IMG/VR virus record: IMGVR_UViG_3300035447_000008
Source: an uncultured virus (IMG/VR IMGVR_UViG_3300035447_000008)
Lineage: Duplodnaviria > Heunggongvirae > Uroviricota > Caudoviricetes
Direction: 5' to 3' (one strand)
DNA length: 28,069 nucleotides
Below are positions 1 through 8,640 of the stretch, piece by piece. The notes under the pieces are model-generated. The model worked only from the letters and a program-made list of their open reading frames with translations. It was not told where the DNA came from and made no database searches. Within the stretch, counting starts at the first letter, position 1; every line of letters starts with the position of its first letter. The position numbers were made by a program, and so were the translations under genes.

Positions 1-2
1 TC

Positions 3-140
3 AACCGCCGTGCTCAGGGTAGCTACTGGTTCGAGTACATGAACGAGAAAGATGACATCATCGAGATTATGACTGAGCAAAACTTCCTGAATGCTCTGCT
101 GAATCCGGGTGCTATCGTTCGTCTGTTCCTTAGTGTATAA
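3..140 (+). CDS. Major capsid protein, C-terminal fragment (starts before window)
   Basis: Frame 3 reads NRRAQGSYWFEYMNEKDDIIEIMTEQNFLNALLNPGAIVRLFLSV* (TAA 138-140). It resembles the end of a lambda gpE-type capsid protein and lies upstream of the neck/tail genes. Confidence 0.7.
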   Translation, partial: NRRAQGSYWFEYMNEKDDIIEIMTEQNFLNALLNPGAIVRLFLSV

Positions 141-153
141 AACTGAGTGAATA

Positions 154-178
154 AGGGGGCTTGAAATATAGTCCCCCT
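154..178 (+). terminator. Stem-loop after capsid gene (GGGGGCT-TGAAATAT-AGTCCCCC)
   Basis: G/C stem right after the capsid stop, with no strong U-tract. A near-identical copy lies at 23943-23962 on the - strand. Confidence 0.55.
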
Positions 179-195
179 ATGTCTAGGAGATTCCT

Positions 196-372
196 ATGGA
201 TGTTGAAACTAAAGCTGGTTGGATTTACACAGTTCGCCAGCTTGCTGCTGGTCTGGATGTATCCACTAAAGCAGAAGTAGTTGCTCTTGAGCCTATTGCT
301 GATCCTGCTACGGCTACTGCCGGAGATGTTGCTACTCTTCTGAATGAAGTAGTTGCTGCTCTCAAGGCTTAA
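196..372 (+). CDS. Small head fiber/decoration-like protein (58 aa, absent from ORF track)
   Basis: AGGAG RBS, ATG 196, TAA 370-372. Sequence MDVETKAGWIYTVRQLAAGLDVSTKAEVVALEPIADPATATAGDVATLLNEVVAALKA. The C-terminal ADxATAxDVAxxxNxxxAALKA helix is typical of phage head fiber proteins. Confidence 0.7.
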   Translation: MDVETKAGWIYTVRQLAAGLDVSTKAEVVALEPIADPATATAGDVATLLNEVVAALKA

Positions 373-379
373 AGATTAT

Positions 380-404
380 AGGGCAAGCCATTTGGTTTTG
401 CCCT
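380..404 (+). terminator. Intergenic stem-loop AGGGCAA...TTGCCCT
   Basis: 7-bp inverted repeat just after the 58-aa gene. Confidence 0.45.
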
Positions 405-432
405 CCTTAAATTAAAAGGAGAGGCTTTGCCC

Positions 433-840
433 ATGACTGACGAAGAGAAAATAGCTCTTATCAGGATTCTTATTGGCGATCTTCCTACGTCGCCTTTTTA
501 TCAGTTGTTTACGGACGAAGAACTACAGAAGCTTCTTGACCTTAACAACGGTGATTTATACAAAGCAGCTCGGATGGCTGCAATCTCTGCCTCTATGCAA
601 TTGGCTGGTTGGAGCACGAGAGAGCGGACCGGAGATATTGAAGTGTGGTCTTCGTTGTCTACCAACTATCTCAAAGCTCTTGACTACTTTATCAGAAACC
701 CAGATGTATCAATTCCAAACGGTTTGATGCCTTGGTATGGCAGTAAAGATAGTTGTTCCAAGCTCTTGAATATTCAAGTTTGTGACCATGAAGATTCTTG
801 TGGTTGCACGTCCTGTAAGGCTTTCGGTTCTAGATTTTAA
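433..840 (+). CDS. Head-tail adaptor/connector protein
   Basis: RBS AAGGAGAGG with ATG 433 (TTG 427 is an alternative start). IRILIGD...FTDEEL motif typical of head-tail adaptors. Cys-rich C-terminus. Confidence 0.65.
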   Translation: MTDEEKIALIRILIGDLPTSPFYQLFTDEELQKLLDLNNGDLYKAARMAAISASMQLAGWSTRERTGDIEVWSSLSTNYLKALDYFIRNPDVSIPNGLMPWYGSKDSCSKLLNIQVCDHEDSCGCTSCKAFGSRF

Positions 841-849
841 GGAGAAGCT

Positions 850-1218
850 ATGCTACGTCCTCAGTTTCTTCTTACAAAGAAAATTCCTTTGACGATCTAC
901 AGAAAAGAGGCTGGCTCTTACGTTCGTGGTGTTTGGGTTGATGGTGCGGAAGTCGAAGTTGTTGTTGAAGTAAATATTCAACCTGTCAAACCTTCTGAAG
1001 TTCAAATGATGCCTGAATCTGATCGCACTCGTGAGTGGTATAGGCTTTGGACAACTGACCTTGTAAGAACAAAGCAAGAGGGTGATTCGGGGTGGGATGC
1101 TGATGAATTTATTTGGCGCGGTTATCGTTACCAGATAATGAAAGTTCAGAGCTGGGATATGGGAGTTCTTGACCATTATTCGGCGTGGGCTGCTAGGATT
1201 TCTGTAACTCCAAATTGA
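850..1218 (+). CDS. Head closure / head-tail joining protein
   Basis: RBS GGAGA. G-x-Y-x-x-G-x-W and D-x-F-x-W-x-G-x-x-Y motifs of beta-rich neck proteins. Synteny. Confidence 0.6.
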   Translation: MLRPQFLLTKKIPLTIYRKEAGSYVRGVWVDGAEVEVVVEVNIQPVKPSEVQMMPESDRTREWYRLWTTDLVRTKQEGDSGWDADEFIWRGYRYQIMKVQSWDMGVLDHYSAWAARISVTPN

Positions 1219-1225
1219 GGTGTGT

Positions 1226-1732
1226 ATGATTAGAACAGGTTATACAGCAGATACCTCGGAATGGAAACGAATCAAAAGGCAGCTTCTTGCTTCGAACAAA
1301 AAGAGTTTGCAGATTGGTTGGTTTAATGGAGATTTACATTCTCAGGCAACTGAAGCTGGCCCACCAATCCCACTAGCTCAACTTGCCAAATGGTTGCACG
1401 ATGGTACGGTGAATACTAATGGTTCAACAATCCCACCAAGACCATTCATATCCGAAGGCTTTATGGTGTATTTAAAGAATAGACCAATCTTTGAGAACGC
1501 TTTGAAAAGAAGACTTCCTCTGGTTATTGAAGGGAGGATGAGTTGGGAACAACTATATGCTTCTCTTGGTGATGACATGGTTGAGCTGCTTCAGATGGTG
1601 ATGGACTCTTGGTCTTATCCGGCTAATGCTCCTCTTACAATCGCACTGAAAGGACGAGACGATCCTCTGGATAAAACGGGAGAACTTATCTCCAAAGTTA
1701 AATGGCGTATCGGAGATAAGGAGTTTGTTTAA
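1226..1732 (+). CDS. Tail completion / neck protein (HK97 gp10-like)
   Basis: HDGT...IPPRPF and PANAPLTIALKGRDDPLDKTGEL motifs characteristic of this family. Confidence 0.7.
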   Translation: MIRTGYTADTSEWKRIKRQLLASNKKSLQIGWFNGDLHSQATEAGPPIPLAQLAKWLHDGTVNTNGSTIPPRPFISEGFMVYLKNRPIFENALKRRLPLVIEGRMSWEQLYASLGDDMVELLQMVMDSWSYPANAPLTIALKGRDDPLDKTGELISKVKWRIGDKEFV

Positions 1733-2268
1733 TGTCTGTCTACAGTCAAATCAGAGACGCATTGTTCGATAGCTCTGATGCCCTAATAAAAAGAACAGAA
1801 TATACCCCACAGATTATCTTCAGTCACGGTAATGGCCTAGAACCAACTAATGACTACATCGTGATTAACATTCTTGGACTTGAACAAACGGGAAGAGTTT
1901 ACAACTCATCTTTGACAGATGGGATTGTTGGGCCGACAGGTCTTAAGTCACATTTCCAAAGCTTCCACGAAGCTCGTGTTCAGTTCAGTTTTTACGGTAG
2001 CAACTCTGGAGATATTGCTGATGTGTTCCATCGGTATATCAACAACTACACAATGACTCGTGACGATTGGTGTAGGTTTGGGTTAGCTCCTAATAGAAAA
2101 ACACAAGTCGTATACAACCCTCAGTTGAGGGACACACAGTGGGTTGATGCTTTTAACTTCACTGTCACCTTTGCTTATGGCGTGCATGAATCTAAAGAAG
2201 TTGATTGGGTTGAGCATGTCACAATCAATACAAATGGTAGGTCTTCTACTATTCCACCAGTGACTTAA
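1732..2268 (+). CDS. Tail terminator-like neck protein
   Basis: TAATG coupling to the upstream gene, 178 aa, immediately before the sheath. Confidence 0.55.
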   Translation: MSVYSQIRDALFDSSDALIKRTEYTPQIIFSHGNGLEPTNDYIVINILGLEQTGRVYNSSLTDGIVGPTGLKSHFQSFHEARVQFSFYGSNSGDIADVFHRYINNYTMTRDDWCRFGLAPNRKTQVVYNPQLRDTQWVDAFNFTVTFAYGVHESKEVDWVEHVTINTNGRSSTIPPVT

Positions 2269-2317
2269 AAAGTTTGACTTAAAAGTCCGCATTTAAATAA
2301 CACAAGAGGATACGCAA

Positions 2318-3595
2318 TTGGCAGCAATTGACTCTTTTGTTGAAGTGTTTATTACTAAAAACACTCAGCAGATTGATATTACATCTTTCAGTATTCCAAT
2401 GATTCTTTCTGCCCACGGCCAGTTCCCAGAGCGTGCTCGTGTGTACAATAGCCTCACTGGTGTTGCTGAAGATTTTCCAACTACTTCCACCACCTATATC
2501 ATGGCTCAACGCCTGTTTGGGCAAGAGCTGGTTTTTCCGCAAATCGTCATTGGTCGTAAAGACATTGACCATGATGTAGTTACTGTAACTGCGCTGGATG
2601 CAACCACCTACACCCTCACCATCAATTCCGTTGCTTACACGTATACTTCTGGTACTGGCGAAACTGAAGCAGATATTATTGCCGGTCTGTATGCACTGAT
2701 TGATGAAGTGACTGGTGTTGTTGCCGGTACTAACGCGGAAGGTGATGAGCTTTCTATCTATACTGACTTCACAGTTATTGGTGATGTAAACACTGTTGTA
2801 ACCCCTGTCACTTCAGTTGAAACCTACAGTGACGCACTGTTTGCTGTACAAGAAGAAAATGATGATTTCTATGCTGTTGTAATTGACAGCCACGATGCAG
2901 CCGAAGTTCTTGCCTTTGCTCAGACTATTGAAGGCATGACCAAAATCTTTGGTACTTCGACTTCTGACCGCCAAGTGCTCTCTGCTGTTTCCACCACTGA
3001 CATTGGTTCTCAGCTTTATGATCTGAATCTTGAGCGTACCTTTGTTATCTGGTCTGCTACTGCGGATACTCAGTATCCAGAAGCTGCTTGGCTACACCAG
3101 ATGCTTGAAGTTCCGGGTAGCAATACTTGGGCACTTAAGGAGCTTGCTCTTGTCACTGTTAGTCGTCTCTCTGAGACTGAAGTTAACGTACTGAACAGTA
3201 AGAATGTCAACTACTTCCGCCGTGTTAAAGGTGCTGCCATCATTATGAATGGTCAGATGGCTGGGGGCACATGGGTTGACGAGACCATTTTCCTCGACTG
3301 GTGGAAGGCTCGTGTTCAGGAAGCGGTGTTCTTCCGCATGATTAACAGCCGCAAGATTCCGTATACCCAGCAAGGTGCAACTTTGATCGAGGCAGAGATT
3401 CGTAACATCAACGCCCAAGGTATTGCCAACGGCGGCATTGCTGATACTCCTGCACCTACAGTACAAGCCCCTAATGTTCTGGCAATCCCAGAAATGATTC
3501 GTGCCACTCGCGTAATGGGCGATTTCATTGTCACCTTCCGTTTGGCTGGAAGTGTTCACAAGGTCAGCGCAATCCGTGCAACCGTATCTGTCTAA
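2318..3595 (+). CDS. Contractile tail sheath protein (DUF3383-like)
   Basis: 425 aa with motifs PGSNTWALKEL, WVDETIFLDWW, KIPYTQQG and FRLAGSVHKV. TTG start with GAGG RBS. Confidence 0.85.
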   Translation: MAAIDSFVEVFITKNTQQIDITSFSIPMILSAHGQFPERARVYNSLTGVAEDFPTTSTTYIMAQRLFGQELVFPQIVIGRKDIDHDVVTVTALDATTYTLTINSVAYTYTSGTGETEADIIAGLYALIDEVTGVVAGTNAEGDELSIYTDFTVIGDVNTVVTPVTSVETYSDALFAVQEENDDFYAVVIDSHDAAEVLAFAQTIEGMTKIFGTSTSDRQVLSAVSTTDIGSQLYDLNLERTFVIWSATADTQYPEAAWLHQMLEVPGSNTWALKELALVTVSRLSETEVNVLNSKNVNYFRRVKGAAIIMNGQMAGGTWVDETIFLDWWKARVQEAVFFRMINSRKIPYTQQGATLIEAEIRNINAQGIANGGIADTPAPTVQAPNVLAIPEMIRATRVMGDFIVTFRLAGSVHKVSAIRATVSV

Positions 3596-3605
3596 GGAGA
3601 AGTAA

Positions 3606-4130
3606 ATGTCTGCAAATATTCTTTCTACCTACTTCCCTGAAGCAGTTAGTATTGTTCTTGGTAATGACAACTTCAGCCATATCGTTAGTGGTGTTGCTGA
3701 AGGCACTTTCATTACTATTGCTCGTGAAACCCCAGCTACTCAGCTCGTGATTGGTGGTGACATGAGCGCCATGCGTGTTCGTCGTAAGAACCGTGCCTCT
3801 ACTGTCACTGTCACCCTGATGCAAGGTAGTGACTCGAATGACGTTTTCAGTCAGATTCTGAAGAACGATGAAGATGCAATGAACAACGATTGGCTGTTCC
3901 ATCTTACCATCAAAGATGGCTCTGGTCGTTCTGTATTCTTCAGCCCACAAGCATACATCGCCAACATGCCCGACATTTCGTTTGGTACTGAAGGTGATAA
4001 CCGTGATTGGGTTATTCAGTGTATCGACCTCGACTCTCACGTTGGTGGTGGTGGTTTGCTGGATGCTGCTAGCGTCAACACTCTTGAAGATGTTGGCTAC
4101 GATGTAGCTGAAGACTGGAAGACTTCTTAA
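3606..4130 (+). CDS. Tail tube protein (DUF3277-like)
   Basis: TYFPEAVSI...TVTLMQGSDSNDVFS...IKDGSG...RDWVI signature. Follows the sheath. Confidence 0.8.
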   Translation: MSANILSTYFPEAVSIVLGNDNFSHIVSGVAEGTFITIARETPATQLVIGGDMSAMRVRRKNRASTVTVTLMQGSDSNDVFSQILKNDEDAMNNDWLFHLTIKDGSGRSVFFSPQAYIANMPDISFGTEGDNRDWVIQCIDLDSHVGGGGLLDAASVNTLEDVGYDVAEDWKTS

Positions 4131-4132
4131 TT

Positions 4133-4152
4133 GAAGGGGAGAAATCCCCTTC
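4133..4152 (+). terminator. Hairpin GAAGGGGA-GAAA-TCCCCTTC after tube gene
   Basis: Perfect 8-bp stem with GNRA loop, weak U-tract. Confidence 0.55.
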
Positions 4153-4172
4153 CTTCCTAACAAGGAGTTAAT

Positions 4173-4661
4173 ATGGACCTTTGGACATATAGCCCAGAAG
4201 AGGTGACGATCCTTGTAATGGGAGTTCCGTTGGAAGGTGTTGTTGATGGTACATTTGTTTCTGTGACAAGACAAGCTCCAGTCTTTACATCATCTTCTAC
4301 GGCAGATGGTCGTGTCACCAGAACTTACAATGCTGCCGATATTTGGGATATTCAGTTTACACTAATGAATACAAGCCCTTCAAATGGATTCCTTGATAAG
4401 CTAGTTCTTCTTGATCGTGTAACGAAACGCGGTAAGTTTCCATTAATGATTAAAGATGGATTTGGGGGGACATTGATCTTCTCCACGACAACTTGGATTG
4501 AAGAGCTTCCATCTATCACTTATGGTGTTGAGATGACAGAGCGTGTATGGACACTCAAGAGTGCTAACGCTGTTGTTAATATCAACGGAAACGAAAGTCC
4601 AAGCTCTATGGCCGAAGATATTCTTGGTACTGTAGCTTCCGCACTTCCCGGTATTCTATAG
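4173..4661 (+). CDS. Tube-like structural protein, paralog 2
   Basis: TYSPEEVTI...LMNTSPSN...IKDGFG...RVWTL, the same signature as 3606-4130. Confidence 0.75.
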   Translation: MDLWTYSPEEVTILVMGVPLEGVVDGTFVSVTRQAPVFTSSSTADGRVTRTYNAADIWDIQFTLMNTSPSNGFLDKLVLLDRVTKRGKFPLMIKDGFGGTLIFSTTTWIEELPSITYGVEMTERVWTLKSANAVVNINGNESPSSMAEDILGTVASALPGIL

Positions 4662-4669
4662 GTGAGTAA

Positions 4670-5170
4670 ATGGCAGCAGATATTCTAACATACAGTCCAG
4701 ATGAGGTTGCTCTTGTCTTTGGTGGTTACAGAGTAAGGGGTTGGAATCGTATTTCTATTCAACGAAATACAGAGTTTGTAAAACAGATTCGTGGTATTCG
4801 TGGTAAGCACGCAAAGGAAGTTAGCAGAGACACATCTTGTACACTTCTCCTAACTATCCCACAAAGCACTGAAGTGAATACGATTTTAAGTAAGGTGCTT
4901 GAGCTTGAGCAAACTTCTAAAGGGAAGGTTAGGCTTGAGATTATGCTTAAAGATGAGGCAGGTGGTTCTGTTTTTACATCGGTGGAGTGCTACATTGGAG
5001 GCTGGCCTAACGTCACCTACGGTGCTGAACTTAATGATGTTGAGTGGAAGTTTCTGTGTGATTCATCTGAATGGCAAATGAAAGGTAATGAAGCAAATAA
5101 GAATGCGATTACTGACATGATTAGTGGTGCTCTTGGTAGCGCTGTTAATAGTATTGGTAATCTGTTTTAA
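4670..5170 (+). CDS. Tube-like structural protein, paralog 3
   Basis: TYSPDEVAL...PQSTEVN...LKDEAG...VEWKF, the same signature. Confidence 0.75.
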   Translation: MAADILTYSPDEVALVFGGYRVRGWNRISIQRNTEFVKQIRGIRGKHAKEVSRDTSCTLLLTIPQSTEVNTILSKVLELEQTSKGKVRLEIMLKDEAGGSVFTSVECYIGGWPNVTYGAELNDVEWKFLCDSSEWQMKGNEANKNAITDMISGALGSAVNSIGNLF

Positions 5171-5193
5171 AAGAATTTTGGAGGATACAAATT

Positions 5194-5493
5194 ATGCAAG
5201 AAACTAAAGAAATCACTATTGACGAACAAACTTATATTATCAAGCTGCTCCCTACGATGGATGGCCTTGATTTTATCTCCCGTCTTAATAAAGAAGGCAT
5301 GTCAGCTCGTGTCGTGTTTGATGCCATCAGCCGTTGTGTACAGATCGGTAGTGCATCGTTTAGTGAAAAGAAATTCAACAGTCATTTCCGTGGTCGCTAT
5401 GGACACTTGATGAAGCTGGTTGATGCTGTAGTGGAGTTTAACTTCCCCGATCTAAACGAGGGAAACGCGGAAAGCGATACAGACGACCTGTAA
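5194..5493 (+). CDS. Tail assembly chaperone (G-like)
   Basis: GGAGG RBS. Lies between tube and tape measure and contains the slippery site G GGA AAC. Confidence 0.75.
   Translation: MQETKEITIDEQTYIIKLLPTMDGLDFISRLNKEGMSARVVFDAISRCVQIGSASFSEKKFNSHFRGRYGHLMKLVDAVVEFNFPDLNEGNAESDTDDL
5460..5466 (+). promoter_or_regulatory. Programmed -1 ribosomal frameshift heptamer GGGAAAC
   Basis: X XXY YYZ pattern in the correct phase (GAG GGA AAC) near the end of the chaperone gene. Confidence 0.75.
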
Positions 5494-5744
5494 AGGCTGT
5501 ATCGCAACAATCTAGTAACCCGAGAATGACAAGAATCAAGGATAATTTCTCGGGGGATTATGATGTGATGCGTGTCATCTTCTCTACGGACAACCCAATA
5601 GAGACTTTATATAATCTGCACAATAAATACTCAACTCCTCTGTTCAATGAGTATCTTGAATATTTAGATGTGCATGAAGAGCTACAATCTATTGCAAGGG
5701 CTGAGCAAGAGAAAGAGATGAAGTCTAAACAAGCCAAACGATAG
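5460..5744 (+). CDS. Tail assembly chaperone T segment, reached by -1 frameshift (GT fusion)
   Basis: The -1 frame is open from GGG at 5460 through the ATG at 5526 to TAG at 5744. Confidence 0.7.
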   Translation, partial: GKRGKRYRRPVKAVSQQSSNPRMTRIKDNFSGDYDVMRVIFSTDNPIETLYNLHNKYSTPLFNEYLEYLDVHEELQSIARAEQEKEMKSKQAKR

Positions 5745-5755
5745 AGAAGGTGATT

Positions 5756-7801
5756 ATGGCAGGACCAGTAGCTTCATTTTATGCCCAGTTGGGTGTCAAT
5801 ACACGAATCCAAGATATACGGAAGGTTGACCGTTATCTTAATCTTATTGAAAGAAAGCTCCAGAGATTCAATAAGGGCTTGACAACGAAACTCACAATGA
5901 ATTTGTCAAGCTTTTCTGTAGACCGCAGAAAACTAGTGAGGACTCTTGGAGAGGCTTTTGATAGGACCAGCAAGGATGTCACCTTCGAGATTAGTCGTTT
6001 TGCTGTAAATGAGAGAAATCTCCGTGCTGCAATGTTACGGGCTGGACGCTCTTTTGCAAGAGAAGCAATTCCGTATCAACCGTCCGTTCAACGGTCCACT
6101 GCAACCACTCAAAGAGAGCGCAACCAACTTGCCGATAAGTCTGGTCGTAATTTCATGTATGGTGGCGGTACAGCAGGTGCGTTGGCCCGTTATGGTTTTG
6201 GTAGTGTACCGTTTCTAGGTGGTGCTTATGGCTTGATGTCATTGAACACTGCCAACCAAGAAGCAATCTCTACTCGGCTCACTACACAAGCCGTGCTCCA
6301 AGCACAGGGTATGACAGAGCAACAGGGTAAAGAGGCGTTTAGTTGGCTAAGAAACTTGGCTAATGTAAACGGCTTCAGTTATATGCAAGCCGCACCAGAC
6401 TACAATCAATTTCTTTCTAACAGTCTGGGTGCTGGTGTTTCTCTTGGTGGAAGCCAAGATATATTCAAAGGCTTCAGCGAATACCAAACAGCAATGGGTG
6501 TAACGCCAGCTCGCCGTAAGTTGGTTAACAACGCCCTTAGCCAGATGCTCGGTAAGGGCACTATCAGTATGGAAGAGCTTCGTCGTCAGATGGCAGAAAG
6601 TATGCCCGGAACGATGAGCATCTTTGCTGAAGCTTTGGCACAACAAACAGGCAGCGGACTTACTGGACAAGGCGCTCTTGCTGCCTTGTATGAAGCCGTC
6701 CCAACGGGTAAACTAAAAGCTGCTGATCTTTTGCCTATCGTAGCTCAGATAATGTCTCAAAGAGCAGAGCCTAAGATTGGCGCTTTGCGTAAAACTTCGA
6801 TGGCTGAGCAAGCAAGACTTGGTAACTCTCTACAAGACATGGTAAACACATTCTCCAAGTCTGGCGGCGAGGAAGGTTTTGCAAGATTCTTTAGAACAAC
6901 AACTGCCGCCGTGGAAAGGCTGACACCCGTTGTCAGAGCTTTGTCAGAATCTTTTAACTGGTTGAGTAAACAACTTGAACTCCCAATTACCCTGCTTGGT
7001 GACCTTGGTTATCATTTCGGCAATATCAAAACCACCTTAGACAACCTGAACCCTAATATAGTTAAGTTTGCTACCCTTGGTGGCTTAATGATGACGAAAT
7101 GGGGACGCATCGGGGCTGTGTTCTCTGGATTGTTTTTAATTCTGGAAGATATTTCTGTAGGGATTATGGGCGGTGAGAGCCTGACTGGTAAGTTCTTCAC
7201 TTTCCTAGAAAAGTTTGTAGAGTTTGATAAAGGCATCATGGGTGTTGCTATGTCCTTCCTTGCTGTAGCCGCAGCACTTAAGATTATGTCTGTAGCAGGC
7301 GCCGGAGCGCTAGGTGGACTGGGCGGTGGTAAGGCAGGTGGCTCTTCTGGCGGAATTGGTAAGCTTCTTTTAGCACTTGGTGCCACGGGAGCTGTAGCTG
7401 GCGGTACTGTACTCGGCCTAGACGAGATTGGGTTCTTCGATAGGATGGATCAATACAAACTAGCACAGAACACTCCAGAGAAAAAAGCCTACTACATGGA
7501 ACAGAAAAAGGCAGGGGCTTGGAACACCATTGACGACTACCTTGCGATGCAGAAGGATAGGAAAGCAGCTCTAGCAGCAGATGTTGAAGCTGGAATTATC
7601 ACCCCAGAACAAGCAATGTCTCAGATGGGGATGACAACAAACAACTCAAATACCATCACAAATACATTTGAAATTAATATTGACGGTGTACTTGACCCTG
7701 CTGGTTTGAGTGATGTAATGACTAATCAAATCATGCCACAGTTTGAGGTGTTCTTCAATAATCAGCTTCAGAATGTTGATATTTCTTTTGGGGATAAATA
7801 A
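5756..7801 (+). CDS. Tape measure protein
   Basis: About 680 aa. ALSQMLGKGTISMEELRRQMAESMPG tape-measure motif and an Ala/Gly-rich hydrophobic C-terminal half. GTG 5750 is an alternative start. Confidence 0.9.
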   Translation: MAGPVASFYAQLGVNTRIQDIRKVDRYLNLIERKLQRFNKGLTTKLTMNLSSFSVDRRKLVRTLGEAFDRTSKDVTFEISRFAVNERNLRAAMLRAGRSFAREAIPYQPSVQRSTATTQRERNQLADKSGRNFMYGGGTAGALARYGFGSVPFLGGAYGLMSLNTANQEAISTRLTTQAVLQAQGMTEQQGKEAFSWLRNLANVNGFSYMQAAPDYNQFLSNSLGAGVSLGGSQDIFKGFSEYQTAMGVTPARRKLVNNALSQMLGKGTISMEELRRQMAESMPGTMSIFAEALAQQTGSGLTGQGALAALYEAVPTGKLKAADLLPIVAQIMSQRAEPKIGALRKTSMAEQARLGNSLQDMVNTFSKSGGEEGFARFFRTTTAAVERLTPVVRALSESFNWLSKQLELPITLLGDLGYHFGNIKTTLDNLNPNIVKFATLGGLMMTKWGRIGAVFSGLFLILEDISVGIMGGESLTGKFFTFLEKFVEFDKGIMGVAMSFLAVAAALKIMSVAGAGALGGLGGGKAGGSSGGIGKLLLALGATGAVAGGTVLGLDEIGFFDRMDQYKLAQNTPEKKAYYMEQKKAGAWNTIDDYLAMQKDRKAALAADVEAGIITPEQAMSQMGMTTNNSNTITNTFEINIDGVLDPAGLSDVMTNQIMPQFEVFFNNQLQNVDISFGDK

Positions 7802-8640
7802 TGTCGTTAGTTTTGCAATTTGGAAACAACGCTGGTCCCGAAGAGATTAGCGCAGTCTACTACATCAACGCTGTTGAAAACTATACCAAGAATGTAAACG
7901 GTAAGCTCTCCAAACACCCGCTTGACTCCGGTGTAAGCATATCAGACCACTTTATCTCTGAAAATATGACGTTCAATATCCGTGGAGTTATCACCTCTGC
8001 GGATATCACCTTCGCAGCGTACACCACAAGTTTCGCTGCTGTTGGTGCTAACAATATTCAGATGGGTGAACCTCCAATTCCGGTTACAGTTGATGACGGT
8101 AAGACACTCCTTAATCAGTTTCTACCTGACGTAATCGGGCAGTTCCTTTCTCCTGTGCAACCTGAAGTGATTGGAGATGAGTCTGAGGTTGTAGAGGCTG
8201 GTGTCTCCTTCTCTGAGTTTATTGAGAAGATGATTCTTGATGTTATCTACAACCAGACAACCAACACTTACCGTAACAGTATTGTCCCTGTCTCTCTTTA
8301 TGAGATGGAGGGTAGTCAATACAGTAAAGCTCCCTATACCAATCTTGTTGTTACAGATTTTAAGGTAAATGAGACTCCAGATACGGGCAACGGTTGTCAC
8401 TTCGATATGACTCTTGAGCAAGCTCGCTTTGTTGAGATTAGAAAAGAAGAGCTTCCTGAAGATGTTGCAACCGAGATTAAGAAACAAGCTGGGCCTACAA
8501 CTAATAAGGGTAAGGCTGGTTCAACAGAGAAGGAAGTGGTTCCAGAGGGCGAACAACAGTCTGACCCAACCGGGCCATTCAAAATACAATCTAGAGCCGA
8601 TAAAATGATCTTTGGTAAAGCAGAGGGAACTAGACCATGA
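7801..8640 (+). CDS. Tail tube initiator / distal tail (Dit-like) protein
   Basis: HPLDSGVSISDH...YTNLVV...TLEQARFV motifs. Directly after the tape measure gene. Confidence 0.65.
   Translation: MSLVLQFGNNAGPEEISAVYYINAVENYTKNVNGKLSKHPLDSGVSISDHFISENMTFNIRGVITSADITFAAYTTSFAAVGANNIQMGEPPIPVTVDDGKTLLNQFLPDVIGQFLSPVQPEVIGDESEVVEAGVSFSEFIEKMILDVIYNQTTNTYRNSIVPVSLYEMEGSQYSKAPYTNLVVTDFKVNETPDTGNGCHFDMTLEQARFVEIRKEELPEDVATEIKKQAGPTTNKGKAGSTEKEVVPEGEQQSDPTGPFKIQSRADKMIFGKAEGTRP

Noticed and set aside
3092..4274. Long - strand ORFs (155 and 236 aa) over sheath and tube
   Set aside because: Antisense shadows of strongly codon-biased structural genes.
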